The notes under the pieces are model-generated. The model saw only the letters and a program-made list of their open reading frames with translations, did not search any database and was not told the DNA's origin. Both the position numbers and the translations under genes were made by a program. From positions 221,378-285,377 of the forward strand of contig CALVNZ010000001.1 in the NCBI GenBank assembly GCA_944350115.1: DNA of 64,000 nt, written 5' to 3'. This stretch comes from an uncultured Clostridia bacterium (GTDB taxonomy: Bacteria; Bacillota; Clostridia; Christensenellales; UBA1242). Positions 37,650 through 47,517 of this stretch are shown here, one piece after another (the stretch's first letter is position 1; every line of letters starts with the position of its first letter).

Positions 37650-38330
37650 TTAAAGCGGTTTTTTTCGTGGAAGGTTGCCACCGCGAGGAAACCCCGTTGG
37701 TGTGTTTTTTACTTTTCTGACAACAATTAAAGCCCTGAAACTATCAAAAAGGTTAAATTTTGTTATTTCTTCAATTTGTCCACCCAAAACATTTAGCGCA
37801 TTAGAGCTTTTTTCAATCTCATCAAAAAAGTTGTTGCCTTTGTAAACTACAACTCTGCCACCAACTTTTGCATACGGCAATAAGTATTCAAGCAATGTTG
37901 GCATTTCTGCAACAGCTCTTGCGGTGACGACATCAAATTTTTGTTTTTCTAAAAAATCTTCAATTCTTTCGTGTTTTGCCTCAATATTTGTTAAATTTAA
38001 CTCTTTTTTTATTAAATTTAAAAAATTAATTCTTTTATTTAGGCTATCAAGTAAAGTTATTTCAAGTTTTGGGTTTAAAATTGCCAAAACAACACCAGGA
38101 AATCCTGCGCCTGAACCAACATCTAAAACGCGTCCTTTAAAAAATAAAATGCCCGCAGCGCTGTCTATAAAATGTTTTTTTACAACATCTTCAAACTCTG
38201 TTATTGCTGTTAAATTATATTTTTCATTTTCTTGTTTCAAAATTTCATAATATTTAAAAAGTTTTTCCGCTTGAGAATCCGAAATATGCAGTTTAGCTTG
38301 TGCAAACAACTCTTTAATTCTTTCTTTCAT
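37650..38330 (-). CDS. rsmG: 16S rRNA (guanine527-N7)-methyltransferase
   Basis: YNLTAI, HFIDS, DVGSGAGFPG, conserved position after mnmG. Confidence 0.9.
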   Translation of the reverse strand: MKERIKELFAQAKLHISDSQAEKLFKYYEILKQENEKYNLTAITEFEDVVKKHFIDSAAGILFFKGRVLDVGSGAGFPGVVLAILNPKLEITLLDSLNKRINFLNLIKKELNLTNIEAKHERIEDFLEKQKFDVVTARAVAEMPTLLEYLLPYAKVGGRVVVYKGNNFFDEIEKSSNALNVLGGQIEEITKFNLFDSFRALIVVRKVKNTPTGFPRGGNLPRKKPL

Positions 38331-40191
38331 TTTTTTCTCCTTGATGTTTTTTTATTAACACCGACAAAACTGCGATATCAGCAGGGGAAACCCCTGAAAC
38401 TCTGGATGCTTGTCCCAAATTTTCTGGTTTTATTTGTGAGAGCTTTTGAATTGTTTCAATTTTTAAACCTTTTTGTTTTTCGTAAACAAAATCTTCTGGG
38501 ATTTTTATTTGTTCTGCTTTTTTTGCTTTTTCAATATCTTCTTGTTGTTGTTTTAAATAACCTTCAAATTTTACTATTAAATTTATCTCGTTTAATATAT
38601 CTTCTTCCATTTCAGAAAACAAGCCAAACTCTTTGCTTATTTTTATTAAATCTAGATTTGATCGTTTTATCATATCTTTTATACTAATAGAATTTTTTGG
38701 CGGATTCTCTTTGTTGTTTTCAAAAAACTTTTTTAATTTATCGCTAATCTTTATTTTTTCATCAAGGTTTTTATAAACCTTTTCAAGCGCCATTTTTTTC
38801 TTTAAAAACTTTCTATATCTTTTATCATCAACTAAACCAACATTGCGTCCAATTTGTGTTAATCTTAAATCTGCGTTGTCCTGTCTTAATGAAAGCCTGT
38901 ATTCCGCTCTGCTTGTCATCATTCTATAAGGTTCATTTGTTCCTTTTGTCACAATGTCGTCAATCAAAACGCCTATATACGCATCACAACGCGAAAGAAT
39001 TAAAGGCTCTTTGTTTTCAAGTTTTAAGGCTGCATTAATACCCGCAATAAGCCCTTGTGCAGCCGCTTCTTCATAACCACTTGTTCCATTGATTTGTCCA
39101 GCAAAAAACAACCCGTCGTGCAACTTGCTTTCCAAACTCAATTTTAACTGTTGAGGGTTGATGCAATCATATTCTATAGCATAAGAATCTCTCATGATTT
39201 CTGCGTTTTCTAAGCCTTTAACAGAATGAACCATCTTTTCTTGTATGTCTGTTGGCATAGATGTTGAAAACCCTTGAATATAAACCTCAGCCGTAGAAAG
39301 TGATTCCGGCTCCAAAAACAATTGATGTCGGTCTTTGTCTGCAAAACGAACTATTTTTGTTTCAATAGAAGGGCAGTATCTTGGTCCAACGCCAACAATT
39401 TCTCCTGATATTGCCGGCGCTTTATCAAGATTGTTTCTAATAATTTCGTGTGTTTTCTCGTTGGTGTAAGTTAAATAACAACAAGCTTTATTCTTAATTC
39501 TTTTGTTTGTCATGAAAGAAAAAGTTTGAATGTTTTCTTCGCCTTTTTGTATTTCTAGTTCATCAAAATTAACACTCCTTGCGTTAACACGCGCAGGCGT
39601 TCCTGTTTTAAATCTATATAATTCATAACCTAATTTTTTCAATGATTTCGAAAGGTTTTTTGCGTTTTTAAATCCATTTGGTCCGACGCTTTCAGTGTAT
39701 TTACCTATTATTATTCTGCTGTCTAAATAAACTCCTGTTGCAAACACGACAACGTCCGATTCAAACTCATCGCCGACCGCGGTTTTAATAATCTTTTTTC
39801 CGTTTTCTAGTTTTACGCTTTCAACTTCACCTTGTTTTAAAAATAGGTTTGGCGTGTTTTCAACAACCTTTTTCATTTCAACATGATATTCGTTTTTGTC
39901 TTCTTGTGCACGCAAACTTTGAACGGCAGGACCTCTGCCTCTATTTAACATTCTTATTTGTATTGCGGTTTTGTCTGCAGTAAACCCCATTTGTCCGCCT
40001 AATGCGTCAATTTCAGAAACAAGTTGTCCTTTTGCTGTTCCTCCTATTGAAGGATTGCACGCCAAAAATGCTAGCGCATCTAAACTGATCGTTAGCAAAA
40101 GTGTTTTATGCTTTTTTCTAGCAAGTGCAAGCGCGGCTTCACAACCCGCATGTCCTGCGCCTATAACTATTGCCTCGAATGTTTCTTTCAT
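38314..40191 (-). CDS. mnmG: tRNA uridine 5-carboxymethylaminomethyl modification enzyme MnmG
   Basis: VIGAGHAGCEAALA, CNPSIGG, GPRYCPSIE, FFAGQINGTSGYEEAAAQG. Confidence 0.95.
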   Translation of the reverse strand: MKETFEAIVIGAGHAGCEAALALARKKHKTLLLTISLDALAFLACNPSIGGTAKGQLVSEIDALGGQMGFTADKTAIQIRMLNRGRGPAVQSLRAQEDKNEYHVEMKKVVENTPNLFLKQGEVESVKLENGKKIIKTAVGDEFESDVVVFATGVYLDSRIIIGKYTESVGPNGFKNAKNLSKSLKKLGYELYRFKTGTPARVNARSVNFDELEIQKGEENIQTFSFMTNKRIKNKACCYLTYTNEKTHEIIRNNLDKAPAISGEIVGVGPRYCPSIETKIVRFADKDRHQLFLEPESLSTAEVYIQGFSTSMPTDIQEKMVHSVKGLENAEIMRDSYAIEYDCINPQQLKLSLESKLHDGLFFAGQINGTSGYEEAAAQGLIAGINAALKLENKEPLILSRCDAYIGVLIDDIVTKGTNEPYRMMTSRAEYRLSLRQDNADLRLTQIGRNVGLVDDKRYRKFLKKKMALEKVYKNLDEKIKISDKLKKFFENNKENPPKNSISIKDMIKRSNLDLIKISKEFGLFSEMEEDILNEINLIVKFEGYLKQQQEDIEKAKKAEQIKIPEDFVYEKQKGLKIETIQKLSQIKPENLGQASRVSGVSPADIAVLSVLIKKHQGEKNERKN

Positions 40192-41516
40192 TATTTACCT
40201 ACACAAAATTTCGAAAATATCAATGATATTATATCCTCATTCTCTGTTTCGCCGGTTATTTTTCCAAGCGATTGCCAAACTTTTTTTATTAATAAAGACA
40301 GTATCTCCAAACTTTCATCTTTCTCTTTGAAAAATTCTTCAACTTGATTGAATGCTTCATTTAAGGCTTCAATTTGTCTTTCGTTTGTTGTTGCCAAACC
40401 ATTAAAGTTTATTTCTTCTTTTATTGTCTTTTCAAATATTTCTTTTTTAAGTTTTTCTATATTTGTTTTGTTTTTGGCAGAAACTTCTATTTCGTTTTGT
40501 TGTTTTTCTAAAACCCGTTTCTTGTCTGTTTTATTAACAACAATAATATAAGGTTGTTTTATAAGTTTTTTTGTTCTTTCGTCTTCTTCCTTAATGTTTT
40601 CGCTTCCATCCAAAACCAGCAGTGTGATATCTGCCGTTTGTGCAGTTTTTTTACTTTTTTCAATTCCTATTTTTTCAACTTCGTCTTGGCTTTCTCTTAT
40701 GCCTGCTGTGTCATAAAAATTAAACCTTACTCCGTTGTAATCTATGCTCGCGTCAACAACATCTCGCGTTGTGCCTTCTATGTCTGTTACTATTGCCTTG
40801 TTTTCTCCTATTATGGCATTAAGCAGACTACTTTTCCCAACATTTGTCTTTCCAATTATTGCTACATTGATGCCTTTTTTTATTAGTGCTTTTTGTTTGC
40901 TCAACGATAAAATGTCGTTCAACCTTTTTTTTATTTCGGTCATTTTATTAAACACATCTTCTCTCACAACTTCATTTTCGTCTTCTTCTGGATAATCCAT
41001 TGTGACTTCTATTTGTGCTAGTAGGGTGGTTAAGTCTTGTTGAATGCTTTTTATTTCTTTAAACAACTCTCCTGACGCCACCTTTAAAGAGGCTTTCAAT
41101 TCAGCTTCACTTTCGCTGTTTATTTCATCTACTATTGATTCTGCCTCCGCCAAACTTATTTTTCCGTTTTCAAAAGCTCTTTTAGAAAACTCTCCGTTTT
41201 CTGCGAGTCTTGCTCCTCCTTCAATGAGTTTTGCTTGAATCAATCTTGTCAAGGTTGTTCCGCCATGAATTTGAAACTCTACCACGTCTTCACCTGTAAA
41301 TGAATTTGGCGATTTAAAATAAACCATCATGCATTTCTCTTTTGCTTCACCCAAATCAAACCATCCAAGCACCATTTTTCTATGCTCGATTTTTTGTTTT
41401 CCAATTGGCATAAAAAACTTTTGTGCAATTTCAATTGCATTTTCTCCGCTCAATCGCACAATAGATATTGCACCTTTGCCAAGTGGTGTTGATATGGCAA
41501 CTATTGTTTTTTTCAT
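40191..41516 (-). CDS. mnmE: tRNA modification GTPase MnmE
   Basis: IVAISTP.GKGAISIVRLSG, G1 GKTNVGKSSLLN, DTAGIR, C-terminal FCVGK. Confidence 0.95.
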   Translation of the reverse strand: MKKTIVAISTPLGKGAISIVRLSGENAIEIAQKFFMPIGKQKIEHRKMVLGWFDLGEAKEKCMMVYFKSPNSFTGEDVVEFQIHGGTTLTRLIQAKLIEGGARLAENGEFSKRAFENGKISLAEAESIVDEINSESEAELKASLKVASGELFKEIKSIQQDLTTLLAQIEVTMDYPEEDENEVVREDVFNKMTEIKKRLNDILSLSKQKALIKKGINVAIIGKTNVGKSSLLNAIIGENKAIVTDIEGTTRDVVDASIDYNGVRFNFYDTAGIRESQDEVEKIGIEKSKKTAQTADITLLVLDGSENIKEEDERTKKLIKQPYIIVVNKTDKKRVLEKQQNEIEVSAKNKTNIEKLKKEIFEKTIKEEINFNGLATTNERQIEALNEAFNQVEEFFKEKDESLEILSLLIKKVWQSLGKITGETENEDIISLIFSKFCVGK

Positions 41517-41554
41517 GCGTTTGCATTATATCACAAAATCTTTTCGACTACAAT

Positions 41555-41584
41555 AAAAAAACGACGATTTCTTTCGTCGTTTTT
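41555..41584. terminator. Bidirectional Rho-independent terminator between jag and mnmE
   Basis: Stem ACGACGA(41561-41567)/TCGTCGT(41574-41580) between an A-run and a T-run. Confidence 0.65.
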
Positions 41585-41588
41585 ACTC

Positions 41589-42386
41589 TTAATCTTTATA
41601 TTCTCTTGGAAAAATAATTAGATAGCGTTTTGGTTCTGTGCCTTTTGACATTGTTGTAACCTTATCATTGTCTTGCAAAGCTAAATGAATTATTCTTCTT
41701 TCGCTTGCATCCATAGGCTCTAATTTTGCATAGCGTCCTGTCTTTGCAACTTTCCCAGCCATTCTGTATGCAAGTCTTTTTAAAGATTCTTCTCTTTTTT
41801 CTCTATATGAACAAACATCTAAAACTTGTTTTTTTGTTTCTCTTTTGCAAATATTTGACATTAAATATGATAATGCAAAAAGTGTTTCTCCGCGATAGCC
41901 TATCAGTTCGCTTAAATTTTCACCTTTGATGTTTAGTTTAATGACATCGTCTGTTTCTGATTCTTCTATTTCGGCTTCTTTGTTAAAAGCTTTTAAAAGA
42001 CCTTCTATAAACTGTTTTGCTGAAATTCTTTCGCGAACCTCTTTTGCTTGTTGTTGCTGTTCTTCTTTTTTATCTTGTTTTTCAGCCTCTTTTTGAGCTT
42101 TCTTTTCTTCTTTTTTTGCTTCTTTTTCTTGTTTCTTTTCTAGTTTTTCTTGCTCTTTTTCTTCTTTTTCAATTTCGTTTTTTAAATCTTCTTTATTCTT
42201 TTCACGAGCTTCATATTTTTCTATAACATCTTCTGAAATTGAAACCACAACTTTTGCTTTTTTAAAAAGTCCGCCTTCGCTTATAATTTTAATATCAACA
42301 TCTTCTCGCGGAGCTTTCAATTCAAAAAGTGCATTTTCGATTGCCTGTTCTAAATTTCTTCCTGTTCCTTCTGCGCTGCGCGTCAT
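41589..42386 (-). CDS. jag: Jag/KhpB RNA-binding protein (Jag_N, KH, R3H) with a K/E-rich insert
   Basis: GRNLEQAIENALFEL, KH-like GYRGETLFALSYL, R3H EPMDASERRIIH. Conserved position after yidC. Confidence 0.85.
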   Translation of the reverse strand: MTRSAEGTGRNLEQAIENALFELKAPREDVDIKIISEGGLFKKAKVVVSISEDVIEKYEAREKNKEDLKNEIEKEEKEQEKLEKKQEKEAKKEEKKAQKEAEKQDKKEEQQQQAKEVRERISAKQFIEGLLKAFNKEAEIEESETDDVIKLNIKGENLSELIGYRGETLFALSYLMSNICKRETKKQVLDVCSYREKREESLKRLAYRMAGKVAKTGRYAKLEPMDASERRIIHLALQDNDKVTTMSKGTEPKRYLIIFPREYKD

Positions 42387-42418
42387 TTTGTCTTTTCCTC
42401 CTTGTTAAGTAAATAATA

Positions 42419-43807
42419 TCACTTTCTTCTGTAATCTACAACTGATTTTTTCTTTTCTTCTTCTTTTTTCTCTTGGTGTTGTTCCCATTTATTTACTATA
42501 AGATTTTCAAGTGGCGCAAGGGCAGCACTTATTGCTTGGCTTACAACCATGTAAATAGCAAACACAGAGTTGTAGAATATAGCGAAAATTCCCATAATGA
42601 TAGGAAGAACAAACATCATCACTTTTGCTCCTGTTTGCTTTGGCATCATGTCTTTCTTTTTTCCACCAGTCAAGTTTCCAAGCCATATTGCAAGGAAAGA
42701 CAGCCCTATACTTAAAATTGCCAAAATAAAGTAACCATTGGTTCGTCCAACCTGCTCGCTAAGTTTTGGCATAAAAGCATTGTAGATTGTTTCTTCTTGA
42801 GCAGAAACATTGTTTTGTCCTATTTCGCTTTTAAATTGATCGTAAGTGAAAATTGAATTTTTGAATGGTGAATCTGCAATCCAATAGTTTGCTATCCATA
42901 AAAACGAAGATTTGTTTTCTGAGTTTTCATAACAAGTTTTTATATATTGGGAAGAATATTTTTCAACCGCAGTCTTTTTGTTTATTTGTTGTTCAGTTGC
43001 AACATCTGCACTTGTAAGTTGTTCTTGCCCTGCAAAATATGCTGCGTTTTCTCCTTCTTGTTGCGTGACAAATTTGTAAACATAGCTTTGAATAACTTCA
43101 TCGCTTGTTACAATTTTATAAACAGGGTTTCCTTCTTCGTCTAAAACATCTTCACCGTTTTCATTTTTTAAAACTTCATCTGTTTGATAAGAGAAGTCTG
43201 TTTTAAAAACAACGCTTCCTATTTCTTCTTCGTTTAGTAAAGCGACCAAATATTTTTGTCCAGCTTGTTCACCTTCTTTGGCGTCACGAATTTGAAAAGT
43301 CACATTTTCATAGTTTTCAAAAATTCGCATATCGCCTTCTTCATATTCTTCGTTTGTTAGTTGTAAAACATTGGCATAATTATATTTTAAATAATCGTAT
43401 TCCTGGCTGATTTTATAATCTGCCATTGCGTTAATTCCAGAAAATAAAGTAAAGAATATTGTAAGGTTTAAAGCCAAAAACACAAGCATAAAGACACAAC
43501 TTCCCATCATTGAAAAATTGTTTTTCTTGTAAAGTTCTTGTGTTTTTTGATTTAATAGGTTTTTGTCTGCGCCATATTTTGCTTTTATTTTTTCAAGCTC
43601 TGGTTGCATTTTGGCTTGAATGCGCATGTTTTTTTTATTGATTTTTTTGTTGATTGTTTCTAATGGTGCCCAAATAATTTTTATAATAAGCGTGATTAAA
43701 ACTATTGCAAGTATATAACTTCCAACTCCAGCTTCAAAAGCTTTTATTATAGTTTCCCAAACACCATTTGGTTCTGAAACGCTGAGAAGATTGCTTACAA
43801 AAGCCAT
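42419..43807 (-). CDS. yidC: Membrane protein insertase YidC, unusually long (462 aa)
   Basis: Start at MAFVSN (ATG 43807) after [46 protein letters not shown], basic C-terminus. A roughly 200-aa acidic insert sits between the conserved blocks. Confidence 0.85.
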   Translation of the reverse strand: MAFVSNLLSVSEPNGVWETIIKAFEAGVGSYILAIVLITLIIKIIWAPLETINKKINKKNMRIQAKMQPELEKIKAKYGADKNLLNQKTQELYKKNNFSMMGSCVFMLVFLALNLTIFFTLFSGINAMADYKISQEYDYLKYNYANVLQLTNEEYEEGDMRIFENYENVTFQIRDAKEGEQAGQKYLVALLNEEEIGSVVFKTDFSYQTDEVLKNENGEDVLDEEGNPVYKIVTSDEVIQSYVYKFVTQQEGENAAYFAGQEQLTSADVATEQQINKKTAVEKYSSQYIKTCYENSENKSSFLWIANYWIADSPFKNSIFTYDQFKSEIGQNNVSAQEETIYNAFMPKLSEQVGRTNGYFILAILSIGLSFLAIWLGNLTGGKKKDMMPKQTGAKVMMFVLPIIMGIFAIFYNSVFAIYMVVSQAISAALAPLENLIVNKWEQHQEKKEEEKKKSVVDYRRK

Positions 43808-44061
43808 CTGGAATCTCCTTTTATGTTGATTGGCACAGGGTCGTATCCACAACATTTGCATTGTGGCGTGCATTTTGAAAGTCTTTTTGCTCCTAATAAA
43901 AAACCTTTAAAAGGCCCAAATTCTTTCACTGCTTGGATAAAATAATTTGAACACGATGGAGTAAATTTGCACACATTTGGTAAAAGCGGGGAGATTGTCC
44001 ACTTGTAAATATAAACAGGTATACACAACAATATTTTGAAAGGATATAAAATATATTTCAT
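43795..44061 (-). CDS. yidD: Membrane protein insertion efficiency factor YidD
   Basis: [27 protein letters not shown]...GAKRLSKC.P...GYDPVP. Confidence 0.9.
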   Translation of the reverse strand: MKYILYPFKILLCIPVYIYKWTISPLLPNVCKFTPSCSNYFIQAVKEFGPFKGFLLGAKRLSKCTPQCKCCGYDPVPINIKGDSRWLL

Positions 44062-44372
44062 TTTTCAAACACTTTTTTGATTTCTTCTTTTAAGGCTTCA
44101 AAACTTAAATCCAAAATTCCTTGTTTTGCCAGCAAGATGTAATTATTAAAATCTTTGGCATAAGTGTTTGTTCTAACAATCTCTTTCATTCTTCTTTTTA
44201 GTTTGTTTCTTTGATTTGCTTTCCCAATTTTTTTAGAAACGACGTATCCAATCTTATAGGTTTTAAATTTGCTTGCGACTGAAAAAAGCGTTAAGTGTTC
44301 TGTGTTAACTTTTTTGCCTCGTCTATAAATATATGTGAACTGTTTGTCTTTTTTCAGTCTGTGATCCATCAC
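44058..44372 (-). CDS. rnpA: Ribonuclease P protein component
   Basis: [17 protein letters not shown]..., [20 protein letters not shown]. Position after rpmH. Confidence 0.9.
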   Translation of the reverse strand: MMDHRLKKDKQFTYIYRRGKKVNTEHLTLFSVASKFKTYKIGYVVSKKIGKANQRNKLKRRMKEIVRTNTYAKDFNNYILLAKQGILDLSFEALKEEIKKVFEK

Positions 44373-44382
44373 TTTTTTCCTT

Positions 44383-44517
44383 TTACGCAGCTAAGTTTTT
44401 TCTTCCGCGAGCTCTTCTTCTTTTTAAAACATTGCGTCCACCTTGAGATCTCATTCTTTCTCTAAAACCGTGAACTTTTTTTCTTTTTGCTTTTTTTGGT
44501 TGAAAAGTTTGTTTCAT
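44383..44517 (-). CDS. rpmH: 50S ribosomal protein L34
   Basis: [44 protein letters not shown]. Start at the internal ATG 44517 after AAGGAGGAG. Confidence 0.95.
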   Translation of the reverse strand: MKQTFQPKKAKRKKVHGFRERMRSQGGRNVLKRRRARGRKNLAA

Positions 44518-44712
44518 CTTTCTCCTCCTTGTAGATTTATAACAGAAAACTGTCTTTGCTAGTTTAATTTTTATCAAGCGCTGTTTGCTTTAAAAGATAA
44601 AATAAACTTTGATTAGTATAAAGATTTTTATGTCATTTGTCAACTCAAAATTCACTAGAATTTTATATGCAATTCAAACCTTTTGGCGTTTTTTGTTTTA
44701 ATTGTAAAAGAT

Positions 44713-44748
44713 AAAAAAAAAGAGGCGCGTGCCTCTTTCTTTTTTTTT
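44713..44748. terminator. Bidirectional Rho-independent terminator after dnaN
   Basis: Stem AGAGGC(44721-44726)/GCCTCT(44731-44736) between A9 and T-runs. Confidence 0.7.
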
Positions 44749-45847
44749 AACCAAACATTCGAACTGGTAAAATCAAATATAAGAATTCATCACCTTCTGT
44801 TGGAACAATGACACAAGGGTTTGATGGAGTGTTTAAACAAAGTTTTACAAACTCATCAGAATTGACTTTTAATGCTTCCAAAATAAATCTTGGATTAAAA
44901 GCGATTGAAACATCTTTTCCGTTTAACACTGCTGAAATTTTTTCTTTTATGTTTCCTATTTCAGAATTTGAAGTCAAAATTAAAGAATTCTCTTTTATGT
45001 CAAACTTAACAAAATTATTTTGACCAACCTTGCTTAAAAGCGAAACTCTTTCAAGGGCGTCTTCAAGTTGAACTTTGTTGACAATGACATAGGTTTCATG
45101 ATTCATTGGAATGATTTGTTTATAGTTTACAAAATCTCCTTCCAGAAGTCTTGAAATTATTTTTGTGTCAAATGTGTCAATCATTATTGCATTGTTGTCA
45201 ATGTAAACATTGATGATTTCGTCTGTGTCATCAAGAAGTTTGCTGATTTCATTTAAAGAACGCGTTGGGACAACAATTGATTTTTTCACATTTGAGCTTG
45301 CTTTTTTATTAACTTGTGCAAGTCTATATCCGTCAAGTGCTACTGCTGTTACTTCTTTTTGGTTTATGTCTAAAAGGACTCCTTTCAAAATAGGGCGTGA
45401 ATCATCTATTGCAACTGAAAAGATTGTCTTGTTTATAAGTGCTTTAAAATCTTTTTGACTGATTCCAAACCATTCGTCCGTTTTTATTTTTTTAAAGCCT
45501 GGATATTCGACAGGGTTGTAACATTGGATGACGCTTTCGTTTCCATCATAACGAATCAAAAGTTGATTTCTTTCGTTTACTTCTAATTCAATGTCTGATG
45601 AAGAAAGTTTCTTAACAAACTCTGTAATAAATTTTCCAGGAACGACAGTTTCACCTTCTATTTTTACATCAGCCTTAATTTTCTTTTCGATTGAAAGATC
45701 TGTGTCTGTTGCACTTAAAGTCAAAGTGTCGTCTTCAGCAGACAATTTGATTCCTTCTAAAATAGGATTTGTGATTTTGTTTGGTATTGCTTTACTAACT
45801 CTTAAAAACGCTTCTGATAATTCTAGACCTACACAATTTAATAACAT
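44747..45847 (-). CDS. dnaN: DNA polymerase III beta sliding clamp
   Basis: NPILEGIKLSAEDDTLTLSATD, SRPILKGVLL, ALDGYRLA, LLEGDFVNYKQIIP, ILPVRM. Confidence 0.95.
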   Translation of the reverse strand: MLLNCVGLELSEAFLRVSKAIPNKITNPILEGIKLSAEDDTLTLSATDTDLSIEKKIKADVKIEGETVVPGKFITEFVKKLSSSDIELEVNERNQLLIRYDGNESVIQCYNPVEYPGFKKIKTDEWFGISQKDFKALINKTIFSVAIDDSRPILKGVLLDINQKEVTAVALDGYRLAQVNKKASSNVKKSIVVPTRSLNEISKLLDDTDEIINVYIDNNAIMIDTFDTKIISRLLEGDFVNYKQIIPMNHETYVIVNKVQLEDALERVSLLSKVGQNNFVKFDIKENSLILTSNSEIGNIKEKISAVLNGKDVSIAFNPRFILEALKVNSDEFVKLCLNTPSNPCVIVPTEGDEFLYLILPVRMFG

Positions 45848-45945
45848 TTTTCTCTCCTTTAATTTTACTTTTGTGCGCGCGCACGTTCTTTAATTTTTTT
45901 TTAATATTTTTAAATCATAGTATTAATAATAGTGCTTTGTGCAAA

Positions 45946-46080
45946 TGTTGATAAGTTTTAGTTTGTCCTAAATATTGTCTTTTAATGCCCATATTTTTGA
46001 TTTTGTGACACTATATATTGAAAAACAAAATGTGGATAACTTTGTGGATGAAGGGTGGAAAAGCGATTCAATTATCCACT
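45946..46080. other. DnaA-box cluster, candidate oriC core in the dnaA-dnaN spacer
   Basis: TGTGGATAA perfect (46031-46039); TGTGGATGA 8/9 (46044-46052); TTATCCACT 8/9 (46072-46080, overlapping the dnaA stop); TGTTGATAA 8/9 (45946-45954). A pure-AT tract at 45886-45935 could serve as the unwinding element. Confidence 0.6.
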
Positions 46081-47424
46081 TTTCAACATTTTTTTTATTT
46101 CGTTTACGAAGGTTTGAGTTTTTCTGTTTGTTTTCATTTCAGCGGTGATTTTGTCTCTTGCGTGCATGATCGTTGTGTGATCACGTCCACCAAAGATTTT
46201 TCCAATTGTCACGAGTGGGAGTTCAAGCATTTCACTAATCATGTAAATTGCAATCATTCTAGGCTCAACGATTTCTTTGCTTTTTTTCTTGCCAGTTATG
46301 TCATCTTTCGTTATATCAAAATAATTGCAAACAGCTTGAATAATTTGATCAGCGTTTGAACCGCCTTCATTTTTTTCATCATACTTGTCTGAAAATGCTT
46401 CTTTTACATCGTTTAAGTCTGCTGAACTTTTTCCTATTAAATTGGATAAGAAGCAAACTTTTGAAAGCATGCCTTCAAGTTCACGAACGTTTGAATCTAT
46501 CTTTTCAGCGATGTAATTTAAAGCGTCATCGTTTATTGAATATTTTTCAAGCTGACATTTTTTTCTTAAAATTGCAACTCTTGTTTCAAAGTCTGGTGTT
46601 TGTAAATCTTGGATCAGGCCCATAGTAAATCTTGAACGAAGTCTTTCTTCCAAAGTTTCGATTTCTTTCGGTGGGCGATCAGACGCGATTATGATTTGTT
46701 TGCCAAATTGATGTAAGTCGTTAAACGTGTGGAAAAATTCTTCTTGAGTGCTGGTCTTTTTGCTTATAAATTGAATGTCGTCAACAATAAGCACATCAAC
46801 ATTTCTATATTTTTCTCTAAATTCAGAGTTTGTTTTGTTTTTAATAGAAGATCCTAAACTTTCAATATAGTCATTTGTAAATTGTTCACAAGTGACATAT
46901 TTAACTTTCATTTTTGGATAAGTTTCACGCACATAATTTCCAATAGCGTGAAGTAGGTGTGTTTTTCCTAATCCAACTCCACCATAAATAAAAAGTGGGT
47001 TAAAGTTTTTGCCAGGATTTTCAGCAACAGCTCTTGCTGCGGCATAAACGGTTTGATTGCATTTTCCAACGACAAAATTTCCAAAAGTGTATTTTGGATT
47101 AAAAACGTTCCTTGCCGGCTCAACATCATTTTTTGAAAGATTTGGTTTGTTTTTTGAAAGATAGTCTTTTTCTTCGTTTGGATCTAATACATCAATTTCA
47201 ACATCTTCACCAAAAATTTCACCAGCAACAGATTTTAATTTGTCAAAATAATTTTTCAAAATTTGATTTTTTGCAAAAGATGATTTAGTTGATAAAACCA
47301 GAGTTTTGTTCTCTGTAAAATCCACCACTTTCAAAGGTTTAAACCACATCACAAAAGAAACATTGGACACAGAAAGTTCCAATTTTTCCAAAAGTTGTTG
47401 CCATAGTTTGTTTACTTCTTGCAT
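46072..47424 (-). CDS. dnaA: Chromosomal replication initiator protein DnaA
   Basis: Walker A GGVGLGKTHLLHAIGN, LIVDDIQF, IASDRPP, and the C-terminal DNA-binding block RDHTTIMHA. Confidence 0.97.
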   Translation of the reverse strand: MQEVNKLWQQLLEKLELSVSNVSFVMWFKPLKVVDFTENKTLVLSTKSSFAKNQILKNYFDKLKSVAGEIFGEDVEIDVLDPNEEKDYLSKNKPNLSKNDVEPARNVFNPKYTFGNFVVGKCNQTVYAAARAVAENPGKNFNPLFIYGGVGLGKTHLLHAIGNYVRETYPKMKVKYVTCEQFTNDYIESLGSSIKNKTNSEFREKYRNVDVLIVDDIQFISKKTSTQEEFFHTFNDLHQFGKQIIIASDRPPKEIETLEERLRSRFTMGLIQDLQTPDFETRVAILRKKCQLEKYSINDDALNYIAEKIDSNVRELEGMLSKVCFLSNLIGKSSADLNDVKEAFSDKYDEKNEGGSNADQIIQAVCNYFDITKDDITGKKKSKEIVEPRMIAIYMISEMLELPLVTIGKIFGGRDHTTIMHARDKITAEMKTNRKTQTFVNEIKKMLKSG

Positions 47425-47517
47425 AACTAACCTACTTGTTTATTTTACTAAAAAAAAGATATTGTGTCAAGTAAAGAATAGGTTGTTACAAAACTAAATT
47501 CGTGATATAATGTTCAC

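Noticed and set aside
47425-47517. The dnaA-recF spacer could be the upstream half of oriC.
   Set aside because: No sequence within 2 mismatches of TTATCCACA was seen by eye. The 93 bp are largely taken up by promoter-like elements.
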